From the IMG/VR virus record IMGVR_UViG_3300045988_068176, positions 1 to 58,287 of that record: a stretch of DNA of 58,287 nucleotides, one strand, 5' to 3'. The translations under genes and the position numbers were made by a program. Positions 8,393-15,367 of this stretch are shown piece after piece. Position 1 is the first letter of the stretch; every line of letters starts with the position of its first letter. The notes beneath the pieces are model-generated. The model ran no database searches and was not told the DNA's origin. It was given only the letters and a program-made list of their open reading frames with translations. The DNA comes from a virus.

Positions 8393-8961
8393 AATCAACC
8401 AGCAAAAAAGCATCCGGCTTGTTGGGCGGGTTTGATTTTCAGCCTATTTTTTCGGAGCAGCCATTAAGCCGAAGTGAGCCAAAGGAAGAAGAAGTAAGCC
8501 AAGTAAAGCCGAACGAAGCCGAACAAGAGCAGATTAAGCTAAGTGTAGCCACAGACCGCCGTACACAGCCCAATGAAGCACAGTTAAGCAATATTAAGCC
8601 GAAGCAAGCCAAAGACAGCGGAACACAGCCAAACAATGCCGTAGTCAGCGAAAGCAAGCCAAAGAAGCTGAAGCAGGCGAAGGAAGTTCAACGTCTTATC
8701 GAACAAGGCGATGTGTCCGGTGCACTAGCTGAAGCTGGCTTGACAAAGAAAAAAATCCCGATGCCGGAATCGCATCAGGGCGTTGCAAGCGGTGACGGCA
8801 AACGTTCTAAGCGCATTACCATCCTTATGAGCGAGGAAGAACGTAAGTATATCAACCGTGAAGCCAGACGGCACGGAATGACCATCGGGCAGTATGTGTA
8901 CGCTCTGGCTGCTGCTGCGGCAGATGGGAAGATTGAGTTGGAAGATTTCTTGGAGGATTGA
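8389..8961 (+). CDS. RHH (MobC/ParG-like) DNA-binding protein with low-complexity N-terminal half; candidate centromere-binding protein
   Basis: ATG 8389 overlaps the upstream stop (ATGA); C-term RSKRITILMSEEERKYINREARRHGMTIGQYVYAL ribbon-helix-helix. Confidence 0.6.
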   Translation: MKSTSKKASGLLGGFDFQPIFSEQPLSRSEPKEEEVSQVKPNEAEQEQIKLSVATDRRTQPNEAQLSNIKPKQAKDSGTQPNNAVVSESKPKKLKQAKEVQRLIEQGDVSGALAEAGLTKKKIPMPESHQGVASGDGKRSKRITILMSEEERKYINREARRHGMTIGQYVYALAAAAADGKIELEDFLED

Positions 8962-9014
8962 GGTATGTCGTGAAACACGATATACCTGCAAACTGTATCT
9001 TCCGGTAGTAGGTA

Positions 9015-9043
9015 TTGACTTTTAAGCACACAAATAGTATACT
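9015..9043 (+). promoter_or_regulatory. sigma70-like promoter (TTGACT, 17 nt spacer, TATACT)
   Basis: -35 at 9015-9020, -10 at 9038-9043, 30 nt upstream of the CopG-like ORF. Confidence 0.5.
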
Positions 9044-9073
9044 TAATGTGCGCTCAAAAGTGGAGGTGAACGC

Positions 9074-9247
9074 ATGAGTGCAAAAATGGGAAGACCAAAG
9101 CTGGAAAACCCGAACAGTGTTCGCACAAGCGTCCGTTTGGACGTGAATACTGACAAACAGCTTTCGGATTATTGCGAAAAAAACGGCATTTCTAAGGGAG
9201 AAGCCGTTCGTGAAGCTGTCCAGCAATGGCTTGAACATCAAAAATAA
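9074..9247 (+). CDS. CopG/Arc-type ribbon-helix-helix protein (57 aa)
   Basis: GGAGGTG RBS; RTSVRLDVNTDKQLSDYCEKNGISKGEAVREAVQQWL; below the track cutoff. Confidence 0.65.
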   Translation: MSAKMGRPKLENPNSVRTSVRLDVNTDKQLSDYCEKNGISKGEAVREAVQQWLEHQK

Positions 9248-9381
9248 AAAATCCCCTAAACTGTTCGTAACTTGGCGGTCACCGGCAGTTTAAGGGATTA
9301 CACTCCATGCGATTATGGGTGATAAATCCATTATATCATCTTCATAGTTGCATTACAAGCAAGATTTTTGTGGTAAAGCCA

Positions 9382-10296
9382 ATGAACATTCCGGCAACGA
9401 AAGAAGAGATTCTCGAAAACTTCAAGAAAAACAACAATGGTCGTCCGCTCAATAAGGATGATTATGAGATTGCGGAAGCGTTATCTCGCATCACTTACAA
9501 GGCGTATGAGGTCGGCGTGGAAGATGCCAAACAGTTGAATATGGAGGATATGATGGATAACAGAAACGCACTTCAAATCTTTAAGAACGAAGAGTTTGGC
9601 TCAATCAGAACATTTGTGAAAAACGGAGAGTACTGGTTTGTCGGTAGGGATGTATGTAATGCGTTTCAAGACAAGAACCCAAATAGAAGCATCGGACGAA
9701 TTGACGATTGCGATAAGCGTTCCTTGAAAATCAAAGATTCTCTTGGGCGTGAGCAAACAGTGACTGTTATCAACGAATCCGGGTTATATGCTCTTCTTTT
9801 TGCAATGCAGCCGCAAAAAGCGCATAATCATGGGGTGTCAGATGAGTACCCCATCGAAATCAAGGAAAGGATTGAGAAGCTTCGCCGTTTTAAGAGATGG
9901 GTAACGCATGATGTGCTTCCTACGCTTCGCAAGACTGGCTCTTACAGTATGAACCAGCAGGAGAACAAGCCTGACGCGCAGAACGATGCAATCTTGCAAG
10001 TGCTGATGAAGAACACGGAAGTCTTGCAAGCCATCGTTCAGCAGAACCAGCAGATTATGATTGCTCTTACCAACCTATCTGTCAGCGATGCAAAGCGCAC
10101 GATGGAGATTCAGCCTTACACTTCCCATCAGGGGCAGAAGGGTGACGGCAAACGTAGCAAGCGAATCACAATTCTTATGAGCGACAGCGAGCGGACGTTC
10201 GTTACGAGAGAAGCACGCAAGCACGGATTCACGGCAGGGGAGTACATCTACAACCTGTCCGTTGCAGCATCGAAAGACCAGATTGATTTAGGCTGA
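9382..10296 (+). CDS. Bro-N family antirepressor-like protein with C-terminal RHH module
   Basis: IFKNEEFGSIRTFVKNGEYWFVGRDVCNAF...INESGLYALLF...WVTHDVLPTLRKTGSY (Bro-N). C-term KRSKRITILMSDSERTFVTREARKHGF. Start uncertain (alternatives at 9550/9553). Confidence 0.75.
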   Translation: MNIPATKEEILENFKKNNNGRPLNKDDYEIAEALSRITYKAYEVGVEDAKQLNMEDMMDNRNALQIFKNEEFGSIRTFVKNGEYWFVGRDVCNAFQDKNPNRSIGRIDDCDKRSLKIKDSLGREQTVTVINESGLYALLFAMQPQKAHNHGVSDEYPIEIKERIEKLRRFKRWVTHDVLPTLRKTGSYSMNQQENKPDAQNDAILQVLMKNTEVLQAIVQQNQQIMIALTNLSVSDAKRTMEIQPYTSHQGQKGDGKRSKRITILMSDSERTFVTREARKHGFTAGEYIYNLSVAASKDQIDLG

Positions 10297-10384
10297 TTTA
10301 GTGGCGGAATTTTTCGCCACTAATTATCAAAGCGCAAAATTGCGCTCTGGTCATAACTGAATTTTCAGTGCTGATAGTAAATAA

Positions 10385-10426
10385 AGAGGGGGCCTGTCCA
10401 ATTTTGGGCACACCCCCTCTTTTGTT
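10385..10426. terminator. bidirectional terminator
   Basis: AGAGGGGG (10385-10392) / CCCCCTCT (10413-10420) then TTTTGTTT; sits between convergent genes. Confidence 0.7.
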
Positions 10427-11065
10427 TCACTTCTCTGTCACGCAATCCCAGTAGAGATATGCCTTGCCATCTGCGGCATCTGCGTCCTCAAGGAACGCCT
10501 TTGCCATGTCAGCATAGAAGCCCGGAGTGTCAACAGACTGGCGTTTTGCGACCTGACAATAATCCGAGTACATCATGTTCATAACAGCCCAGAAATCGTT
10601 CGGGTCACAAGTGATGTTGCGCTGTTTGGCAACGTCCTGTGTCTGTTCCAGCGTCCAGTGACAGCCCTTTGTGCCGTCAGCATTCACCATGCTGTCGCAC
10701 CATTCCTCTGCTTCATCGTGGGTAAGGTGCTTGCGTGGCATCTTGATGGAGCGGCTGTCCGCACCGCCATGCTCATACTGCCCAGACCGCTTGTCCCAGT
10801 CTCCGTTTTGCGAGAAGCCAATCTGCGGCATCTTGCGCTCGTACTCTACGTCAGGGTAGCGGGGGATAGGGTAGGGGTCAATGTAACGGTTTTCCTCCTG
10901 CGGATAGTAAGGATAGCGGTCGCTGCCATCTTCCAGCTTACGCAGACGGCGTTCCAGCTCACGTTCCCTGCGGTCACGCTCTTCCTCAAGGCGGTCACGT
11001 TCCGGCTCACGGTCTTTGTCGTGGTCGCGGAGCATCATCATGCGGCGAAAATTATTCTTGCCCAT
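10427..11065 (-). CDS. hypothetical protein, Arg/Glu/Asp-rich N-terminus plus conserved-looking C-terminal domain
   Basis: 212 aa; DREPERDRLEEERDRRERELERRLRKLE then HLTHDEAEEWCDSMVNADGTKGCHW...MNMMYSDY. Confidence 0.6.
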   Translation of the reverse strand: MGKNNFRRMMMLRDHDKDREPERDRLEEERDRRERELERRLRKLEDGSDRYPYYPQEENRYIDPYPIPRYPDVEYERKMPQIGFSQNGDWDKRSGQYEHGGADSRSIKMPRKHLTHDEAEEWCDSMVNADGTKGCHWTLEQTQDVAKQRNITCDPNDFWAVMNMMYSDYCQVAKRQSVDTPGFYADMAKAFLEDADAADGKAYLYWDCVTEK

Positions 11066-11078
11066 AATCTATACCTCC

Positions 11079-11450
11079 TCAAGAAATGGACGCAGGCGCA
11101 CCGGCGTGGGAGCGGCAGAAGCAGCCAAGATACTTAAACGTGCCGGTGCCGGTTGCAGACGTTGCCACACGGGTAGCGTAGCGGGTGCGGGTGTGGATGC
11201 TCTCGGCGGTTGCCTGAGCGCAGTTGCAATCGGTCAGAGGGTACGCGGTCGTGCCTGCACCTATGGTAATGACCACAGGGGCGTTGATGGTAGTCGTGTC
11301 CGGCAAGCTCTGAGCAACCACGATACAATACTTCTCTCCGTTCTGGTATGCGCCAGCAGGGATATTGATGGTCAGCGTGTCGTTGGCAAACGTGACCGCC
11401 TGACTGATGACCAAGTGCGGGCAGAGTTTGCAGCTTGTTTTGCAAGCCAT
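11079..11450 (-). CDS. Cys-rich hypothetical protein
   Basis: 123 aa; MACKTSCKLCPHLV...DCNCAQ...LGCFC. Confidence 0.55.
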   Translation of the reverse strand: MACKTSCKLCPHLVISQAVTFANDTLTINIPAGAYQNGEKYCIVVAQSLPDTTTINAPVVITIGAGTTAYPLTDCNCAQATAESIHTRTRYATRVATSATGTGTFKYLGCFCRSHAGAPASIS

Positions 11451-11535
11451 AATGTTTTCCTCCTAAAAAATCAGGGGCAGAGGTGTCTTACCCCTGCCCC
11501 GATGGTTCACCCGGTGTTATCGGGGAGTGTGTAGG

Positions 11536-12408
11536 TTAGCAGCAGCCGCAGCAGTTCACGCCCACGTTGGGGTTTGCCACCTGATAAGCGGGAATCGGAC
11601 GAGGATTGACCCGGTTCAGGATGGTATCGGTCTGCTGGGACATCACAGTGGTCAGAAGCGCATTCTGACGATCCTGAGAAGCAGCGAACTTCAGGTTCTG
11701 GTTCTCAGCGGTCAGAGTGGCAATCTTATCCTGCGTGAAGTAGTCCATCATGCTGCGGAAATTGGCGTTGCAGTTGTCCACGATGGCACGGGCGTTGTCT
11801 GCGATAGCCTGACGGGTAGCGCAGTCCTGCTGTGCAATGGTGTACTTCAGGTCGCCGATGAGCTGCTTGTTCTCGCAGCAGCAAGATGCAAGCTGCGTGG
11901 AAAGTGCGGTCTGACCCGCCTGCCGTGCGTTGCCCTCCTGCATGATGGCGAGGCTGATGGCGTTGTCGCCGTTGGACACGCTGCGTTCCAGACCGTTCAC
12001 GAGCTGTGCGTTCTGGTAGCCGAGCTGACAGATGGCGCTGTTCACGCCCGCAAAGCCGTTTGCGATGTTGGCGTTGACTCCGTTTATCTGCGCCAGCTGG
12101 TCATAGCCCAGAGAGCAGATACCGCTCTGAATGCCAGCCAGAGAACGGGAAGTGTCCTGCTGGTAGAAGCCTTCAGACAGAGCCGCACGAGTATCTGCGC
12201 CACCCTGACCAGTTGCGCCAGTGCCGACCAGATAGGGGATGTAGCTGTTCATGCCGTTGTCACCACCGTTTCGACCGTAGCCGTTTGTACCCCAGCCGAA
12301 GATGATGGCGAGGATGATAACCGCCCACAGACCTTCGTTGCCGAAAAATCCGCCGTTGTTATTGCCACCGTCCTGCCCAGCCAGATAACCAGTTGCAAAA
12401 TCGTCCAT
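11536..12408 (-). CDS. Gly/Asn-rich membrane-anchored protein ending in CCGCC
   Basis: 290 aa; GGNNNGGFFGNEGLWAVIILAIIFGWGTNGYG TM; internal ICxLGY repeats; C-terminus VNCCGCC. Confidence 0.6.
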   Translation of the reverse strand: MDDFATGYLAGQDGGNNNGGFFGNEGLWAVIILAIIFGWGTNGYGRNGGDNGMNSYIPYLVGTGATGQGGADTRAALSEGFYQQDTSRSLAGIQSGICSLGYDQLAQINGVNANIANGFAGVNSAICQLGYQNAQLVNGLERSVSNGDNAISLAIMQEGNARQAGQTALSTQLASCCCENKQLIGDLKYTIAQQDCATRQAIADNARAIVDNCNANFRSMMDYFTQDKIATLTAENQNLKFAASQDRQNALLTTVMSQQTDTILNRVNPRPIPAYQVANPNVGVNCCGCC

Positions 12409-12530
12409 AACAAAACTCCTTTCAGTTTTGCGTTATGCCATCCCACCGCCGTGTGCGGTGGGCGAAGCCAAACAAAAGCGGTTTTTATCAAGTCCGCAAA
12501 ACTGAGAAGCGTTTCGCTTAGAGGGATGCT

Positions 12531-12782
12531 TTACCGGGGCAGCGTCAGGTTCAGAGCGCTTGCCAGCTGATTCAGGTCGATGCCACGCTCTTTGGCGAGG
12601 TTCTGCGCCATCGTTCGGAGCTGCGTTTCGTTTTTGCCCTGAATCAGGTTCAAGCCTTGCATGATGGGTGCGTTCTGCCCGCTCAACTGCTGGATAAGCC
12701 CCATCGGGTTCTGTCCGGCACGGGCAAGGTTCGCAAGCTGCATGATGGGGCTGTGCGTAATCACATCAAACGGAGAGGGCAT
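12531..12782 (-). CDS. hypothetical protein
   Basis: 83-aa Gln/Asn/Leu-rich ORF. Confidence 0.5.
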   Translation of the reverse strand: MPSPFDVITHSPIMQLANLARAGQNPMGLIQQLSGQNAPIMQGLNLIQGKNETQLRTMAQNLAKERGIDLNQLASALNLTLPR

Positions 12783-12785
12783 CGC

Positions 12786-13307
12786 TTATTCTCCTTTCTT
12801 TGCTGCGGCAGTGGGCTTCGAAAAGCTCTTCTGCCACTTTTCCAGCTCATCCAGACGGTGGACGAGGGCGTTGTACTGCTCAATAGGCACATACTGCTGT
12901 GTCGGTGCAGCGGTCTGCTGTGCCTGTTGCGCCTGCATTTGCCGCCATGCTTCCGGGCTGTAAAACTCCTGCACATAGGATTCGCAGGTATCCGGGTTAA
13001 GCCGCTTGCAGTAGATCACGCCGCTGCGCAAGTCTGGGCAGTAGGTCGGTCTGCCGTACAGGTCGGACGGTATCGCCAAAAACTCCTCCCTGCTAGAAAC
13101 AGGTCTGCCGAGTAACCAACCTCCGTCCTGTGCCGACTGCTGAACAGGCTGCTGCCCATTCATCGGCTGCGGACGCTGCGGCTGTGCCTGTTGCATCTGT
13201 GTGTTTGGCAGGGGAGTGGCAAGCCCTACCGTGCCCATGCCGCCGTAAGGATTGACAGACTGCTGCGGAACGTAAGGCGCTCCGGGTGTCGGATAATAGC
13301 TCATCAT
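12786..13307 (-). CDS. Gln/Pro-rich hypothetical protein
   Basis: Start moved to MMSYYPTPG behind AGGAGGGATG; the 268-aa track ORF extends into the leader. Confidence 0.55.
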   Translation of the reverse strand: MMSYYPTPGAPYVPQQSVNPYGGMGTVGLATPLPNTQMQQAQPQRPQPMNGQQPVQQSAQDGGWLLGRPVSSREEFLAIPSDLYGRPTYCPDLRSGVIYCKRLNPDTCESYVQEFYSPEAWRQMQAQQAQQTAAPTQQYVPIEQYNALVHRLDELEKWQKSFSKPTAAAKKGE

Positions 13308-13350
13308 AATACATCCCTCCTGATGTGACCAGTGTACCGCATCGGCAAAA

Positions 13351-13381
13351 AACGAAGGACAACGAAGGCACAACGAAGGAC
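13351..13381. repeat. three tandem 10-11 bp repeats AACGAAGG(C)ACA
   Basis: aacgaaggac aacgaaggcac aacgaaggac, just upstream of the 12786..13307 RBS. Confidence 0.8.
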
Positions 13382-13620
13382 AAAAAAAGAAAAGCGCCCA
13401 CACGGAAAAATCCACATGAGCACTTAAAGATATAAATATACTTATATAAAATGATGACAAAACAGAAAGTTTTACCGTTTTATTTGCAAAAAACTCCACC
13501 GTTTTGCCTACAAAGTACCCCGCGTGGCACGCAGGTCTTCGACAAAACAGGGGATTTTTTGTAAAATCAAGAGCGGAACCGCCCACAGGCAATGCCGCTC
13601 TCTACAAATGCCGTAGCATT

Positions 13621-13797
13621 TCAATCTGGGACTCCTAAGTGCATAGGAATGTAAAACGGGATGAACCGCTTCCAACTATGGAAGTGTTTAGGATATCGCC
13701 TAACAAGATACCAATCGCCAAAAAGGTGGAAGGTTGTATAGTATTTTGCGATTCTTGCCACTCGTTCTTCTTTTGTATTGCACATAAGCATCACCAT
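13621..13797 (-). CDS. possible 58-aa basic/aromatic ORF inside the long leader
   Basis: MVMLMCNTKEERVARIAKYYTTFHLFGDWYLVRRYPKHFHSWKRF...; its GGGAG RBS lies in the 3' arm of a 9-bp hairpin. Confidence 0.3.
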   Translation of the reverse strand: MVMLMCNTKEERVARIAKYYTTFHLFGDWYLVRRYPKHFHSWKRFIPFYIPMHLGVPD

Positions 13798-13975
13798 ATA
13801 AAATCGTCTCCCGCATAGTACGCACTGTAAGTAGGCGGGCGGGAGACTGTATCATCTTAAAAGACCCGCCATGATACGCATCGTTGAGAGGCTTAGCGGG
13901 TTCAGATATACACCCTAATGCGCTTCTTCGAGAGGCCGGGTGGATTTGTTAAGATAATTATACCATAATTCGTGC

Positions 13976-14009
13976 AAAAAGAAAAGCGGCAGACCCGAAA
14001 GCCTGCCGC
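13976..14009 (-). terminator. rho-independent terminator
   Basis: Minus strand GCGGCAGGCTTTCGGGTCTGCCGC followed by TTTTCTTTTT. Confidence 0.75.
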
Positions 14010-14054
14010 TTCAATGCGTTTCACAAGAAAACGCACCCAATTAAAAGTATAGTA

Positions 14055-14288
14055 TCACACATCCAGCATTTTTTCAATGCTTTTCAGCCGATAGCTTACC
14101 GCCGTCCGGCTGTAATGCGTCTGTGCTGCAATGTCCGGCAGTGGGAGCCGCTCAACGTACCGCAAAAGAGCTATCTTTCGGTCTACCCTCCCAAGCGGTG
14201 CGCTTTTGATAGCAGCGGTCATTTGCTTCCGGTCAAGTCCTTGCAGCGCAGCGGGCAGCACTACACGAGCCGCCGCCACAGGCAGCAC
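14055..14288 (-). CDS. sigma-70 region-4-like HTH protein (DUF1492/late-activator-like C-terminal half)
   Basis: RKIALLRYVERLPLPDIAAQTHYSRTAVSYRLKSIEKML; GTG start in the track; may be fused by frameshift to 14233..14472. Confidence 0.6.
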   Translation of the reverse strand: MLPVAAARVVLPAALQGLDRKQMTAAIKSAPLGRVDRKIALLRYVERLPLPDIAAQTHYSRTAVSYRLKSIEKMLDV

Positions 14289-14472
14289 CGAGCCAGAAAG
14301 GCTGCGGCAGCTGTCCGGCGTTGCGCACCATTACGGGGGCGTTACCGAGATGGCATGTTTTCGTGAAGCCACGAAAACATACGCAGACCATTTTCGTGAT
14401 ATCACGAAATTGCTCTTGTGCGGCATACATTTTGTTGGTGCAAACAAAATGCTCGTATGCAGTGCTACTCAT
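14233..14472 (-). CDS. hypothetical ORF overlapping the region-4 gene in another frame
   Basis: ATG 14472 behind AAGGAG (8 nt); MSSTAYEHFVCTNKMYAAQEQFRDITKM; contains three palindromes. Confidence 0.4.
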   Translation of the reverse strand: MSSTAYEHFVCTNKMYAAQEQFRDITKMVCVCFRGFTKTCHLGNAPVMVRNAGQLPQPFWLGAACGGGSCSAARCAART

Positions 14473-14476
14473 GGTT

Positions 14477-14644
14477 TTACTCCTTATCTGCCCGCTTTTC
14501 GATGCACTCGCCATATTTGTCAAGAAGGCAATCTTTGCAAAACTCTCGATTGTCGCCTTTCAGGTTGCACACCTTTTTATGCTTGCGGGCTTGATTCATA
14601 GCGTTTGCAGAAGCGGCAATAATGCCGCACATAGGTACAGCCAT
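14477..14644 (-). CDS. 55-aa Cys-containing small protein
   Basis: GGAGGATATC then ATG; MAVPMCGIIAASANAMNQARKHKKVCNLKGDNREFCKDCLLDKYGECIEKRADKE; below the track cutoff. Confidence 0.5.
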   Translation of the reverse strand: MAVPMCGIIAASANAMNQARKHKKVCNLKGDNREFCKDCLLDKYGECIEKRADKE

Positions 14645-14654
14645 GATATCCTCC

Positions 14655-14993
14655 TTACTGCTTTTGCAGTGCCGCTTTCATGCGGTCAAAGAAAAATTGA
14701 ATCACGATGCCGATGGTCTCATCGGTGATGGCCCACGAGATGAATTTCCCGTACTTGCTTGTGGCCAGGGCCGCGCGGAGCATCTGAGCCACCCAGGCTT
14801 TGCGCTCCGCACCTTTTTTGGTTCCCTGGATCTCGTGCTCTGCCTGCTCGATGAGCTGGAGCACGGTGGGCTTGACTGCTGCACCATACCCCAGCCGGAT
14901 GCAGCCAAGGGCGTAGAAGATGAAGCCGCCCAGCATCAGTGCAAGGGCCACCGGGCCCGGGACGGCGCTCAGGATTTTTGCTGCTGCGTCCAT
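14655..14993 (-). CDS. holin (LL-H-like)
   Basis: 112 aa; N-terminal TM VALALMLGGFIFYALG then an amphipathic tail; sits immediately downstream of the other lysis genes. Confidence 0.55.
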   Translation of the reverse strand: MDAAAKILSAVPGPVALALMLGGFIFYALGCIRLGYGAAVKPTVLQLIEQAEHEIQGTKKGAERKAWVAQMLRAALATSKYGKFISWAITDETIGIVIQFFFDRMKAALQKQ

Positions 14994-15367
14994 GCGTTTT
15001 CTCTCCTCTCATACAAAAATTTGTCGATTTCCTCCGCACTCTGCTCCATTGCTTTGATATTATCACCTGACAACTGAGCGCCTAAAACGGCGCGGTTGGA
15101 GCGCAAAAGGATGGTGATGGCGTTTTCCAGCGCCCCAAAATGCTCCAGATCGCGGCCCAGAGCGGCAGAGTGGTTAGAGTAGCCCGCCTCAAGCACTCCC
15201 ACGCGCCTGTCCAGCTCATCCAGCCGCTTGTCCTGTGCATCGTTGGGAGCCTGTGCCTTTTTGATGTACTTGTGGATGATGTCCAGCACCTTGTCCAGCG
15301 TAATCGCTGCCGTGCACGCACTACCCAAGATGCCCACAATCCAAATCAAAGCCTCTTTTTCAGTCAT
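14969..15367 (-). CDS. membrane-anchored coiled-coil protein of the lysis cassette
   Basis: 132 aa; TM ALIWIVGILGSACTAAI; overlaps the endolysin stop. Confidence 0.5.
   Translation of the reverse strand: MTEKEALIWIVGILGSACTAAITLDKVLDIIHKYIKKAQAPNDAQDKRLDELDRRVGVLEAGYSNHSAALGRDLEHFGALENAITILLRSNRAVLGAQLSGDNIKAMEQSAEEIDKFLYERRENAWTQQQKS

Noticed and set aside
9251-9298. The hairpin after the CopG-like gene as a terminator
   Set aside because: It is a 13-bp imperfect stem with a large loop and no downstream T-run. I did not call it a terminator.
11527-12570. Long plus-strand ORFs lying antisense to minus-strand genes (11527..12570 of 347 aa, 29599..30597 of 332 aa, 21514..22455, 17189..18028, 15481..16215, 56721..57536, 50375..51160)
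   Set aside because: They mirror well-supported minus-strand genes (capsid, tail, lysin, SSB and others). They lack RBSs and have skewed, low-complexity compositions typical of shadow ORFs.
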